Assembly (NCBI GenBank): GCA_963737905.1
Contig: CAVTUQ010000007.1
Span: forward strand, 192,001 to 256,000
Length of the DNA: 64,000 nt
Source: an uncultured delta proteobacterium
Lineage (GTDB): Bacteria; Desulfobacterota; Binatia; UBA9968
Direction: 5' to 3'
Shown: positions 49,834 to 59,637 of the stretch, in pieces
How positions within the stretch are numbered: the first letter of the stretch is position 1
How the letters are laid out: every line of letters starts with the position of its first letter
Program-made: the position numbers and the translations under genes
The notes under the pieces: model-generated
What the model was told of the DNA's origin: nothing
What the model saw: the letters and a program-made list of their open reading frames with translations, nothing else
Database searches by the model: none

Positions 49834-50641
49834 TTACCCTTTGTCCCAGAGGTCCTCGAATAGCTTCGCCGATCCGGGACCATAACCCGCATAGTAGTTG
49901 CTGAAGAATGTGTAGGTTTTCGATCCTTGGGCGACAATTTTTTTTAACTCACCGGCCCAGATCGTCATCTCATCGGTTTTATCATCCTGGAGCTTATCGA
50001 ATGTTTCCGTCTTGCTCTCCTGTTCTTGGCGATCCCCCATGAAGCGGACATAGCAAAAATCTCCGGTGACCAGATCCAACGCCTTTGCGAGCGTATCGAT
50101 TCGTGGCATCCAGGCCTGGGCCAGAAGCGTGAAACCCACAGACCGTTCTCTCAGGAGCTCCAGAAAATCCCAACTGATCCAGTTCTTATTGCGAATCTCA
50201 ACTGAGAATTGGAATCCTTTTGGCAATGCGTCCAGAAAAGGGCGCAGGAGTTTGTCGAACTGTTCTCTCGAAGCAAAAGCATTTTTGTTGAAGTAGGGAA
50301 ACTGCAGATAGCAGGGGACCCAGTTTGTCCCCGAGAGCCTCCATGATTTTGAGAAAACTGGAAAGTTCTTTTTGGCAATCACTCAAGATTTTTTGGTGCG
50401 TGATCACTCTCGGGATTTTGGCGGCAAAGACAAATCCGGCGGGGGTCCTATCTCTCCAACCGGTGACCATGGAACGGGGCGGAATGCGATAGAAGGTAGA
50501 GTCGATTTCCACGGTGCGAAATGTGCCTGCGTAGTGCCGGAGAAACTCGGAAGGCTTGAGACTCGTGGGATAGAAAGAACCGACCCAGTCTGCCTTCGAC
50601 CAGCTTACGGTTCCGATATAGAGGTTATCGGGCAGCGCCAT
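49834..50641 (-). CDS. DUF72 (YecE) family protein; frameshift near 50315
   Basis: IGT..WS..DWVGSFYP, VEIDSTFY, KIPRVITH, LQFP, VEIRNKNW and YVRFMG. Confidence 0.88.
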
Positions 50642-50709
50642 AGTCACTCTTCACCATATTCGAAAGTGGGCGTCAACCAGGAGCCGGTCTTGTGAAAGAC
50701 AACGATTTC

Positions 50710-50758
50710 TTGACAACTCCCCTCCATCCGTTTACCTTCAGAAAACACGGGTGTTTTC
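50710..50758 (+). promoter_or_regulatory. Sigma70-type promoter plus perfect palindromic operator upstream of merR-mutS
   Basis: TTGACA (50710), 17 bp, TACCTT (50733); GAAAACAC-GG-GTGTTTTC at 50741-50758. Confidence 0.7.
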
Positions 50759-50779
50759 ATTTCAACGGGGGCAACATTC

Positions 50780-51265
50780 ATGAACGAGGCCTACGATAGC
50801 AAGATGGCAAGCCGAATCGTCGGAATCAGCCTCCGGCAGATTCAGTACTGGGACGAGCGGGGGTTTGTCAGACCGTCCGTCAAGCCGGCCCAAGGACGGG
50901 GCACGAAGCGACTCTATTCGTTCCATGATTTGGTTTGTCTCAAGGTTGTGAAGGATCTGACCCATCATGGAATCAGCCTGCAAAAGATTCGTCGCTGCTT
51001 ACAGCCCTTGAGGCAATATGCCGCACGCGCAGAGCCGCCGGTGGATTCGCTTAAATACCTGACCGATGGGGAAAAGCTTTTTGTGATTACTAGCGACCGC
51101 AAGAAAATCCTCGACGCCATGGAACGCCATTTTGTGCTCTCCTTGGGGATTGGAAATTTGGTGCGCGAACTGAACGGCGAAATGCGGCGGGTGGCTCAGG
51201 CTGTCGGTGGGGAAACCTCCGGGACATTGCGCCGCCTCCAGGAAAAACGGACGGGATCGGCCTAG
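50780..51265 (+). CDS. MerR family transcriptional regulator (Rv1830-like)
   Basis: GISLRQIQYWD..GFVRPSV..AQGRGTKRLYSFHDL..LKVVK.L...GISLQKIR. Confidence 0.88.
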   Translation: MNEAYDSKMASRIVGISLRQIQYWDERGFVRPSVKPAQGRGTKRLYSFHDLVCLKVVKDLTHHGISLQKIRRCLQPLRQYAARAEPPVDSLKYLTDGEKLFVITSDRKKILDAMERHFVLSLGIGNLVRELNGEMRRVAQAVGGETSGTLRRLQEKRTGSA

Positions 51266-51271
51266 CCTTTG

Positions 51272-53872
51272 ATGGAGCTCACTAAGATTACACCGATGAT
51301 GCATCAGTACCTCCGGATCAAGGAGAGGTACCGGGATGCGATTCTCTTTTTTCGCCTCGGTGATTTTTATGAAATGTTCTTCGAAGATGCCGAGACGGCC
51401 TCCAAAATTCTGGACATAGCGTTGACATCGAGGAACAAGCACGAAGACTCCATCGTTCCCCTGTGTGGAGTGCCTTATCATTCGGCAGAGCCCTATATTC
51501 GAAAACTCTTGGAAGCGGGCCACAAGGTGGCGGTCTGTGAGCAAGTGGAAGATCCAAAGACGGCCAAGGGAGTGGTTCAGAGGGAAGTCGTTCGCGTGAT
51601 CACTCCCGGGACCGTTACGAGCGCCGACGCCTTAGAGGCTCGCGACAACAATTTTCTGGCCGCTGTATACGAAGGGCCCGGGAACTTTGGCTTGGCAGTC
51701 ACGGATATTACGACGGGCGAATTCCGCTTTACCCAACTGGCCGAAGAGCAGTTTCTATTTGACGAAATTAGCCGGGTGAAGCCGAGTGAGCTGCTGGTCG
51801 CCGAACGCGCCCCCGCGCTACGAGAACAGCTTCAAAAGAGCTTCCCGGCCGTTCATATCACGTTGCTGGCGGACTCTTTTTTCTCCGCGACGGCGGCCGT
51901 TAGACGGGTGAACGACGATGTACCGGGGGCTGACCATTGGCAGGAGGGAATCCGGGCTGCATCCGCGGTGGTCGGTTATCTCGAAAGCAATGCCGCCGAA
52001 TCACTTAACGTTTTGCGTGATTTGTCACCCTACGTGGCCTCCGGCTCTATGGTGCTCGACGAAACAACGCGAATCAACCTTGAACTCGTCACGAACTATC
52101 AGGGGGATAGAAAAGGTTCATTGCTGGCCGTCATCGATCGCACTTTGACGCCGATGGGCGCCAGGCGATTGCGTCAGTGTCTGCTGTACCCGCTGCTTGA
52201 TGAGCAGGCGATAAGAGAACGTCATGAAGGGGTTCAGGAGCTGGTCGACCATTTCCAGATGCGCCAGGAATTAAAGATCTGGCTGCGTCGGATGAGTGAT
52301 CTTGAGCGTCTTAGTGGCAGGGTGGTTGCGGGCAGCGCGCTGCCAAGGGATCTCGTTTCGATCCGGGAGACGCTAACCCACGTGGGGGCCGTGCGCGCAG
52401 AGATCAGTCCCTGTAACTCGACCATGTTGAAGGCGCTGCAAACAAAGATTGCGGAGTTACCTGATGTGGTTTCGCTCATCGATAGAGCTATCGTCGACGA
52501 GCCGCCGTTGTCGGTCAGGGAAGGCGGTTTTATTCGAGCCGGCTTTGATGCGGAGCTCGATGAGCTTCGCGGCATGCGCGCTCATGCCAAAGAATGGATG
52601 GCCAATTTCGAGGCTGGAGAGAAACGGCGCACGGGAATTCAATCCCTGAAGGTGAGATACAACCGCGTCTTCGGTTATTACATTGAAGTGACCAGGTCGA
52701 ATCTCAGGGCAGTGCCGGCAGACTACATTCGCAAGCAGACCCTCGCCAACGGCGAACGCTATATCACCCCGGAACTGAAAGAGTATGAGGCTAAGATTCT
52801 TAACGCCCAGGAACTGATCGAAAAAATAGAGATCGCCTTGCTCGCCCGCGTGCGCCAAGAAGTCGCCGTCCATTTTGTCGCTTTGAAGGAGATGAGCGTC
52901 GCTCTCGCGACCCTAGATATGCTGTTGTCGTTTGCAGAAGTCGCCGAGTCACTGCACTTCACCCGGCCGCGCGTGGATAAGGGCTTCGCGCTGTTCATCA
53001 GAGAGGGGCGCCATCCGGTGGTGGAAGCCACGTTGGGACGGGGCGGCTTCGTTCCCAACGACTCCCTTCTCGACCCGGCATCGAATCAGATCCTCATGCT
53101 GACGGGACCCAATATGGCGGGCAAGTCGACCTACATGCGGCAGGTCGCGTTGATCGTCATTCTCGCTCAGATGGGCAGCTTTGTGCCTGCAACCGAGGCT
53201 CGCATCGGTATAGCGGACCGTGTCTTTACCCGCATTGGAGCCACAGATTCACTGGCCCGCGGCGAGTCGACTTTCATGGTTGAGATGAAGGAGACTGCGA
53301 AGATCCTGCGTCATGCGACTCAGCGCAGTCTTATTTTGCTGGATGAGGTCGGCCGGGGCACGAGCACATTTGACGGCATCTCCATTGCCTGGGCGGTGGC
53401 GGAGCGTCTTCATGATATGCCGGAGCGACCGCGGACTCTTTTTGCAACCCACTATCATGAACTCACCGATTTGGCGCGGACAAAAGAAAGAATCAGGAAT
53501 TTTAACTTCTCTGTCAAGGAATGGCAGGGGGACGTCATTTTCCTGCGCAATCTGGTGGCAGGCGCCGCCAGTCACAGCTACGGAATCCACGTGGCACGGT
53601 TGGCCGGCCTGCCGGCGGTGGTCATCGAACGGGCCAAGGAAATTTTGCAGAACCTGGAGAGTGGCGAGGCCGAGGGAAAGAGAGCCGACACCGAAAAACG
53701 AGGAGCGGATGGAGGCGAACCGGTGCAGATGGCGCTGTTCGGATCCATGGAGAGAAAATTGAGCGAAGAACTAAGAAAACTCGATGTAGCACACCTATCG
53801 CCTATCGAGGCGCTCAATCTACTCTATGAATGGTCAGCGGTAGCGAAAAAAGTAGGCGCGGAAAAAAGGTAG
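51272..53872 (+). CDS. mutS: DNA mismatch repair protein MutS
   Basis: TPMMHQY, FRLGDFYEMF, TGPNMAGKSTYMRQ, STFMVEM, DEVGRGTST and SYGIHVA. Confidence 0.97.
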   Translation: MELTKITPMMHQYLRIKERYRDAILFFRLGDFYEMFFEDAETASKILDIALTSRNKHEDSIVPLCGVPYHSAEPYIRKLLEAGHKVAVCEQVEDPKTAKGVVQREVVRVITPGTVTSADALEARDNNFLAAVYEGPGNFGLAVTDITTGEFRFTQLAEEQFLFDEISRVKPSELLVAERAPALREQLQKSFPAVHITLLADSFFSATAAVRRVNDDVPGADHWQEGIRAASAVVGYLESNAAESLNVLRDLSPYVASGSMVLDETTRINLELVTNYQGDRKGSLLAVIDRTLTPMGARRLRQCLLYPLLDEQAIRERHEGVQELVDHFQMRQELKIWLRRMSDLERLSGRVVAGSALPRDLVSIRETLTHVGAVRAEISPCNSTMLKALQTKIAELPDVVSLIDRAIVDEPPLSVREGGFIRAGFDAELDELRGMRAHAKEWMANFEAGEKRRTGIQSLKVRYNRVFGYYIEVTRSNLRAVPADYIRKQTLANGERYITPELKEYEAKILNAQELIEKIEIALLARVRQEVAVHFVALKEMSVALATLDMLLSFAEVAESLHFTRPRVDKGFALFIREGRHPVVEATLGRGGFVPNDSLLDPASNQILMLTGPNMAGKSTYMRQVALIVILAQMGSFVPATEARIGIADRVFTRIGATDSLARGESTFMVEMKETAKILRHATQRSLILLDEVGRGTSTFDGISIAWAVAERLHDMPERPRTLFATHYHELTDLARTKERIRNFNFSVKEWQGDVIFLRNLVAGAASHSYGIHVARLAGLPAVVIERAKEILQNLESGEAEGKRADTEKRGADGGEPVQMALFGSMERKLSEELRKLDVAHLSPIEALNLLYEWSAVAKKVGAEKR

Positions 53873-53880
53873 CTCGTCTT

Positions 53881-55197
53881 ATGCGTAAGCGACTTCTGCA
53901 CGGCATCATCGGATTCATAGCTTTGAGCCTATGGGTTCCGCAGGGCTGCGCGGGAGGTCCGGGAGCCTCCTATCGGCTCGCTCAGGTTCAGAAGCGGGAT
54001 TCGTCCAGAAACCCAACGACGAACGCTCGTAATAGCAATAAGCCGGAAAATGACAGGACCAATAATTCCGCTCAGGTGGCAGGTTTGTCGGAGAGACCAC
54101 GTCTCACCGCAGTGCGCCTTTTGTCGTCGAAGACCTCCACTCAAGTCATCATGGATTTGTCCCAAGAGGTGCGTTGGGAGATCAATCGACTCAAGGAGGA
54201 TGCGTCCAAAGGGTTGCCGTTTCGGATCTATATCGATCTATTCAATGCCACGCTCTCGATGGATTCGAAGAAGCCCATTGCGGTCGACGACGGCTTGCTC
54301 CGTCAAGTGCGGATCGCTCAATTCAGTACCGATGTCGTGCGCGTCGTAATAGAGATGACGAGTGCCGGAGAGCACAAAGCCTTCCTGTTGCCCGATCCAC
54401 ATCGACTTGTCGTTGACATCCAAGGACAGAAGAACGCCGAAGGCGTCGCTGGTATCGAAGAAAAGAAAACGGCGGCCCCGGCCATAAAAAGCAAACCGCT
54501 TGCGATTTCGGGAATCCGCAAGATTGTTTTGGATCCCGGGCACGGCGGCAAGGATCCGGGAGCCATTGGAATCGGGGGGATTGCAGAAAAGGACATTGTT
54601 CTGGCCATAGCGAAGAAATTAGCCAAGAAGCTACAACAAGAGATGGGGCTGGAGGTTGTTCTGACCCGGAAGGATGACCGGTTCATTCCTCTGGAAGACC
54701 GGACCGCCATCGCCAACGCCGAAGGAGCTGACCTTTTTCTCTCTTTGCATATGAACGCGAGTCCGAATGGTGAGGCGAAGGGCTTGGAGACTTATTATCT
54801 GGATAATACAACCGATGAGGCTTCGCTGAGGCTTGCGGCTCGAGAAAACGGTACCTCGCGCCGGAATGTTTCGGATTTACAGTTCATCTTGAGCGATATG
54901 ACACAGAACATGAAGCTCGAAGATTCGATTACCCTGGCCCATCATCTACAGCATTCCCTGGTCGACGGCCTGTCAACGAAGCTCGCCGATGTAAAGGACC
55001 TGGGGGTCAAAAAATCTCTCTTTTCCGTACTGGTGGGAGCGCGCATGCCCAGCGTTCTTGTGGAAATGTTTTTCATCACTAACAAGACAGAAGGACGCGC
55101 CATGAGTCAAGAAGGCTACCAGAACGCCGTGGTTGACGCTTTGTACGAGGGGATCGTGAAATACAAGGAAAGCACCGTGGCAAGCAAGACTCTATAA
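53881..55197 (+). CDS. amiC: N-acetylmuramoyl-L-alanine amidase with AMIN domains
   Basis: VLDPGHGGKDPGA, LTRKDD, SLHMNA and PSVLVE; AMIN (VRIAQF..VVRVV, DPHRLVVDI). Confidence 0.9.
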   Translation: MRKRLLHGIIGFIALSLWVPQGCAGGPGASYRLAQVQKRDSSRNPTTNARNSNKPENDRTNNSAQVAGLSERPRLTAVRLLSSKTSTQVIMDLSQEVRWEINRLKEDASKGLPFRIYIDLFNATLSMDSKKPIAVDDGLLRQVRIAQFSTDVVRVVIEMTSAGEHKAFLLPDPHRLVVDIQGQKNAEGVAGIEEKKTAAPAIKSKPLAISGIRKIVLDPGHGGKDPGAIGIGGIAEKDIVLAIAKKLAKKLQQEMGLEVVLTRKDDRFIPLEDRTAIANAEGADLFLSLHMNASPNGEAKGLETYYLDNTTDEASLRLAARENGTSRRNVSDLQFILSDMTQNMKLEDSITLAHHLQHSLVDGLSTKLADVKDLGVKKSLFSVLVGARMPSVLVEMFFITNKTEGRAMSQEGYQNAVVDALYEGIVKYKESTVASKTL

Positions 55198-55211
55198 GGG
55201 GACACTTCGGC

Positions 55212-57920
55212 GTGGACGCAATTGCACTTTCCCGTTCTCTCCTGGATGAAACCCAAGCGGAGTCCGACCTCAGACGCGCTGCGCGGACCTATGTAAAAAA
55301 GGGCCGGGAGTTGCTTCTGGAAAGACACCGAGCGGGTGCGGGCGGCTTGGAGGTGGTATCCGCCTACTCGACGATGATGGATCAACTGATCCGGTATCTT
55401 TTCGGTAAAGTGAGCGATGACTTCATTCGAAGATATCCCAGTGAAAATCAACGCTGCACCGTCATTGCCCAGGGCGGATACGGGAGGGGAGAGCTCAATC
55501 CTTATTCCGATATCGATCTGCTGTTTCTCTACGCCTGGAAAATCTCGCCCTACGTCGAAGCGGTAACGGAAAGGCTGCTCTACACGTTGTGGGACGCCGG
55601 ACTCCAGGTGGGTCACGCCACTCGCACCGTCAAAGAATCCATTGCGTTGTCGGCCTCCGATATGAAAGTGAAGACGGCGCTTCTGGACGCGCGTTACCTA
55701 TGCGGTCATTATGAACTCTACCAGGAGTTTGACAAAGCCGTGGAGAACCGCTTGGTCAAAAGGCGAGTCAATCGATTCGTCCATGACAAGTTGACGGAAA
55801 ATCAACTGCGCCATGAAAGCTACGGAGGATCGGTCTATCTATTGGAGCCCGACGTGAAAGACGGCGAGGGTGGCCTTCGCGATATCCATACGACCCGATG
55901 GATCGGCCGCGTCAAGGCAGGCGCGAAGGATCTCGATGCGCTGGCTTTAAAGGGGATCGTCAGTGCGGGCGATGTCGGCAAGCTCAAAATCTCCCAGGAT
56001 TTTCTGTTGCGGGTGCGCAACGAGCTTCATTTTTCCACCGGCAAACATCAGGACCAGCTGACTTTCGAAGAGCAGCAAAAAGTAAGCCACGCCCTTGGCT
56101 TCGAAGGCGAGGGAACTCTGAAGGCGGTTGAAGTTTTCATGCGGAATTATTATTTGCATGCCGCGCAGATCAGCCGCCTCACCTCACTGATCATTCACCG
56201 CCTAACCGATGCGTCGTACCCGCTCGTGGGCGGACTTTACAACCGCGCCAAGACTGTGCGCGAGGGTATCTGCATTTCACACCGCCAGCTCTACATCACA
56301 AAGCCGGGTATTCTCAAAGCTGATCCGGCCAATCTCATCGAAGTGTTTCTCGAGATGCAGAAGCATCGCTCGGAGCTGAGTCACGAAACGCGGGAGCTCT
56401 TACGCGAACAGATCGGGTTGATCGATGATCGCTTGCGCGGCTCGGCGGCGGCCAATGTTCCGTTCTTCAAAATCCTCAAGGGGAGAGAGAGGGTTTACGA
56501 GACCCTTTTAGAAATGCATCGATGCGGGATTCTCGGAGCGTTTATCCCCGAGTTCGGCCGGCTACTTTGTATGGTGTTGCATGATGCGTACCACACTTAC
56601 ACGGTGGATCAGCATTCCCTCAAATTGATCCAGGAGATCGAGAGGCTTAAAGCGGGAAAATACAAGGAGGGGCTGCCCCTCCTCACCCAACTAGCGCGCG
56701 AGACGGACAAAGTCGAATTGCTGTATCTCGGGCTGATGTTTCACGATATCGGAAAAGGATTTGGCGGGGGACATTCGGAGATCGGCGCCCGTTTGGTGCA
56801 GCCCATCGCGCAACGCATGGGTCTCAACGCCGACGACGAGGCGCTGGTGGAATTTTTAGTGCGCTATCATCTGTTGATGACCCATACGGCGTTTCGGCGG
56901 GATTTGGAGGACGACAAAACGATTTTTGACTTCGCCAAAACAATGGGCAACGTCAACAACTTAAAAATGCTTTATTTGCTAACGTTCGCCGACGTCAAAG
57001 CTGTCGGGCCGGATGTCTGGAATCCATGGAAGGCGTCGTTACTGGGCGAGCTTTATTTTAAGACATTGAAGATACTGGAAGAAATGGAAAAGGGCGAGTT
57101 CCAACGCGAAGATGTGCGGGCGGTGCTAAGAAGAATCCAGGACCGGGTCCGGCAGCAGCTAGCCAAAGATCATCCGGCCCACAGGGTGGATCACTTTCTG
57201 GAGGCGATGCCGGAAAGATATTTTCTTTCCACTGCGGAAAACGACATTCCGGGTCACTTCGAGTTGATGGAAAAGTTTGCAGGAAAGGGGGCGGTCACCG
57301 CCGTCGAACACTTTCCGGAAAGGGATTGCAGTTCAGTAGGGATCTGCACTCAAGATCGCCCCGGGCTTTTTGCCTCAATCACGGGCACGTTGACAGCCCA
57401 GAATTTAGACATTCTGAACGCCAGGATTTTTACTTCCAGCGACGGTCGAATCCTGGACGTCTTTCGGATCTCTCACCACGGGCGCTCCGAGCTTGTCATG
57501 GCGGAGCAGAAGTGGAGCAAATTTCGCTCGACCCTGGATCAAGTCCTAGAAGGTCGATCGGATGTGGCCCGGCTCGTGGAAAATTCCCAAAGTTCCTCCT
57601 TCCTCCAAAAGCACGTGCCGAAAGTACCCACGGTTATTCAGGTGGATAACGAGGCGTCGGACTACTTTACGATCGTGGAAGTATTTACCGAGGATCGGAT
57701 CGGCGTCCTGTTCAAGATCACTTACGCGCTGCATCAACTCGGTTTGTCTATCCACGTCGCCAAGATATCGACCAACGTCGATCAGGCAGCCGATATTTTC
57801 TATGTTACGGACGAAAATGGAAAAAAGATTCAAGAGCCGGCTCGACTCGAAGGGATTCGCTTGTCTCTTTACGAAAGCTTAGCACCGCAGGATGAAAGAA
57901 TCGCTCAGTCCTTACATTGA
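55212..57920 (+). CDS. glnD: [Protein-PII] uridylyltransferase
   Basis: GGYGRGELNPYSDIDL, EPDVKDGEGGLRD, HTYTVDQH, HDIGKG and two ACT domains. Confidence 0.95.
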   Translation: MDAIALSRSLLDETQAESDLRRAARTYVKKGRELLLERHRAGAGGLEVVSAYSTMMDQLIRYLFGKVSDDFIRRYPSENQRCTVIAQGGYGRGELNPYSDIDLLFLYAWKISPYVEAVTERLLYTLWDAGLQVGHATRTVKESIALSASDMKVKTALLDARYLCGHYELYQEFDKAVENRLVKRRVNRFVHDKLTENQLRHESYGGSVYLLEPDVKDGEGGLRDIHTTRWIGRVKAGAKDLDALALKGIVSAGDVGKLKISQDFLLRVRNELHFSTGKHQDQLTFEEQQKVSHALGFEGEGTLKAVEVFMRNYYLHAAQISRLTSLIIHRLTDASYPLVGGLYNRAKTVREGICISHRQLYITKPGILKADPANLIEVFLEMQKHRSELSHETRELLREQIGLIDDRLRGSAAANVPFFKILKGRERVYETLLEMHRCGILGAFIPEFGRLLCMVLHDAYHTYTVDQHSLKLIQEIERLKAGKYKEGLPLLTQLARETDKVELLYLGLMFHDIGKGFGGGHSEIGARLVQPIAQRMGLNADDEALVEFLVRYHLLMTHTAFRRDLEDDKTIFDFAKTMGNVNNLKMLYLLTFADVKAVGPDVWNPWKASLLGELYFKTLKILEEMEKGEFQREDVRAVLRRIQDRVRQQLAKDHPAHRVDHFLEAMPERYFLSTAENDIPGHFELMEKFAGKGAVTAVEHFPERDCSSVGICTQDRPGLFASITGTLTAQNLDILNARIFTSSDGRILDVFRISHHGRSELVMAEQKWSKFRSTLDQVLEGRSDVARLVENSQSSSFLQKHVPKVPTVIQVDNEASDYFTIVEVFTEDRIGVLFKITYALHQLGLSIHVAKISTNVDQAADIFYVTDENGKKIQEPARLEGIRLSLYESLAPQDERIAQSLH

Positions 57921-58818
57921 CTCCTTTCTAACGATGATCGCGGTGGAGAAGGGGTTGGCCAAAAATACGGTTGAGGCCTACAGCCGCGACCTGATTCGAT
58001 TGGTAGAGTTTTTGGCCGGCCAGGGCGTTGCATCCTGGGAAGGCACCGAAAGCGTTCATCTCCGTTCCTACGTATCATCGCTGCGGCGCAACGGGCTAAG
58101 CGCGCGTTCCATAGCCCGCCATGTCGTGACAGTGCGCCGATTTTATCGCTTTTTAGAAACGGAAGGGGTCGTCGGCGAGAGTCCCGTACTTTCATTCCAT
58201 CTGGCCGCCAGCGGGAGAAAGTTGCCGCAAACGCTATCGGCGGACGATGTTCGAAAGCTGCTGGCTCAGCCGAACCTGAAGGAGCCGCTTGGAGTCCGTG
58301 ATCAGGCGATGCTCGAACTTTTGTACGCCACCGGGTTGCGGGTTTCTGAACTGATTCTTTTGCAGATGCAGCAGGTCAATTTTCAAGGTAATTTTTTGAC
58401 TGTGAAGGGCAAGGGCTCGAAGATGAGAGCGGTTCCCTTCGGAAAATGGGCCCGGCAAAAGTTGCTCGACTACATCAATGGTACGAGACCGCGGCTGTTC
58501 AAGGGTAGAGCCAGCGTTTTTGTATTTATCAAACGCTCGGGGCGGCCTTTGACGCGCCAGGGGTTCTGGAAGCTTGTTCGAGCTCACGCGCTGGCAGCCG
58601 GAGTCGAGAAACGAGTCACGCCGCACACCTTACGCCATTCGTTTGCTACCCATCTTCTCGAAGGGGGTGCCGATCTCCGCTCCGTGCAATCGATGTTGGG
58701 TCATGCGGATATCTCGACGACACAAATTTACACCCACGTGAACGGCGCGAGACTCAAAGAAGTTCACCGGCGACATCATCCGAGGGAGCACGGCGGCAGG
58801 AAAAAGGCCCTGGAGTAA
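57892..58818 (+). CDS. xerD: Site-specific tyrosine recombinase XerD
   Basis: RDQAMLELLYATGLRVSEL, GKGSK, TRQGFW, HTLRHSFATH and LGHADISTTQIYTHV. Confidence 0.93.
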   Translation: MKESLSPYIDSFLTMIAVEKGLAKNTVEAYSRDLIRLVEFLAGQGVASWEGTESVHLRSYVSSLRRNGLSARSIARHVVTVRRFYRFLETEGVVGESPVLSFHLAASGRKLPQTLSADDVRKLLAQPNLKEPLGVRDQAMLELLYATGLRVSELILLQMQQVNFQGNFLTVKGKGSKMRAVPFGKWARQKLLDYINGTRPRLFKGRASVFVFIKRSGRPLTRQGFWKLVRAHALAAGVEKRVTPHTLRHSFATHLLEGGADLRSVQSMLGHADISTTQIYTHVNGARLKEVHRRHHPREHGGRKKALE

Positions 58819-58893
58819 TGGAGTAGTGGAGCGGAGGAGTATTGGGGAAGACTGATCGCTCATAACAAGAACCCATCACTCCAGCTCTCTTCA
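58811..58893. repeat. Inverted 8-mer microsatellite (TGGAGTAR)n ... (CATCACTCCA)
   Basis: TGGAGTAA TGGAGTAG TGGAGCGG AGGAGTAT TGGG ... CCCATCACTCCAGCTCTCTTCA. Confidence 0.7.
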
Positions 58894-58954
58894 TGCTTGT
58901 CTTTTCACAGGGCTTGCCGTATTCATGTTAAGATAGCGAATAAATGAGCCGATT

Positions 58955-59626
58955 TTGGTAGACGCCATCCAACAAATTGCCCTCTGGGCTCTTCCGGTCC
59001 TGGTCGCAATCATCTTTCACGAAGTATCCCATGGATGGGTGGCCTATCGGTTGGGGGATCCTACCGCGGCGAGAATGGGTCGGCTGACGCTCAATCCGAT
59101 CGCTCATATAGATCTGATTGGAACCATCTTGTTGCCGGCGCTATTGATCATTTCCAACGCGCCATTTTTGTTTGGTTACGCGAAACCCGTGCCGGTGAAT
59201 TTCCAGAATCTTAGGAACCCAAAGCGGGATATGGTCTGGGTGGCATTGGCCGGGCCGGTCATGAATCTTTTATTGGCGTTGGGTTGCGTCCTGGTTTTAA
59301 AGATGGGCTTGCCGCTCATCGCGTCGGGAGCGATCCATTCGTCTTCATCCGCGTTAGTGGACTTTCTCGCGCCCGTGGCCCTCATGGCCAAAAATGGAGT
59401 GCTCATCAACATCGTCTTAGCTGTTTTTAACGCGTTACCGCTCCCTCCATTGGATGGGGGTAGGGTGGCGGTGGGATTGCTTCCGGAGCCGCAATCCTCC
59501 ATGCTGGCCCGGCTTGAGCCCTACGGTTTTTTGATCCTTATCGTGTTGCTTATGACGCACCTGCTGGACAGAATTATTGGACCCCCGATTGAATTTTTAA
59601 TTAACTTTTATTTCAAGCTGCTTTAG
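58955..59626 (+). CDS. Site-2 protease (M50) family
   Basis: HEVSH, LGDPTA..GRLTLNP, AGPVMN and FNALPLPPLDG. Confidence 0.93.
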   Translation: MVDAIQQIALWALPVLVAIIFHEVSHGWVAYRLGDPTAARMGRLTLNPIAHIDLIGTILLPALLIISNAPFLFGYAKPVPVNFQNLRNPKRDMVWVALAGPVMNLLLALGCVLVLKMGLPLIASGAIHSSSSALVDFLAPVALMAKNGVLINIVLAVFNALPLPPLDGGRVAVGLLPEPQSSMLARLEPYGFLILIVLLMTHLLDRIIGPPIEFLINFYFKLL

Positions 59627-59637
59627 AATTTACGATT

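Noticed and set aside
57892-58818. xerD as the integrase of a mobile element
   Set aside because: Canonical XerD motifs in a housekeeping context, overlapping glnD
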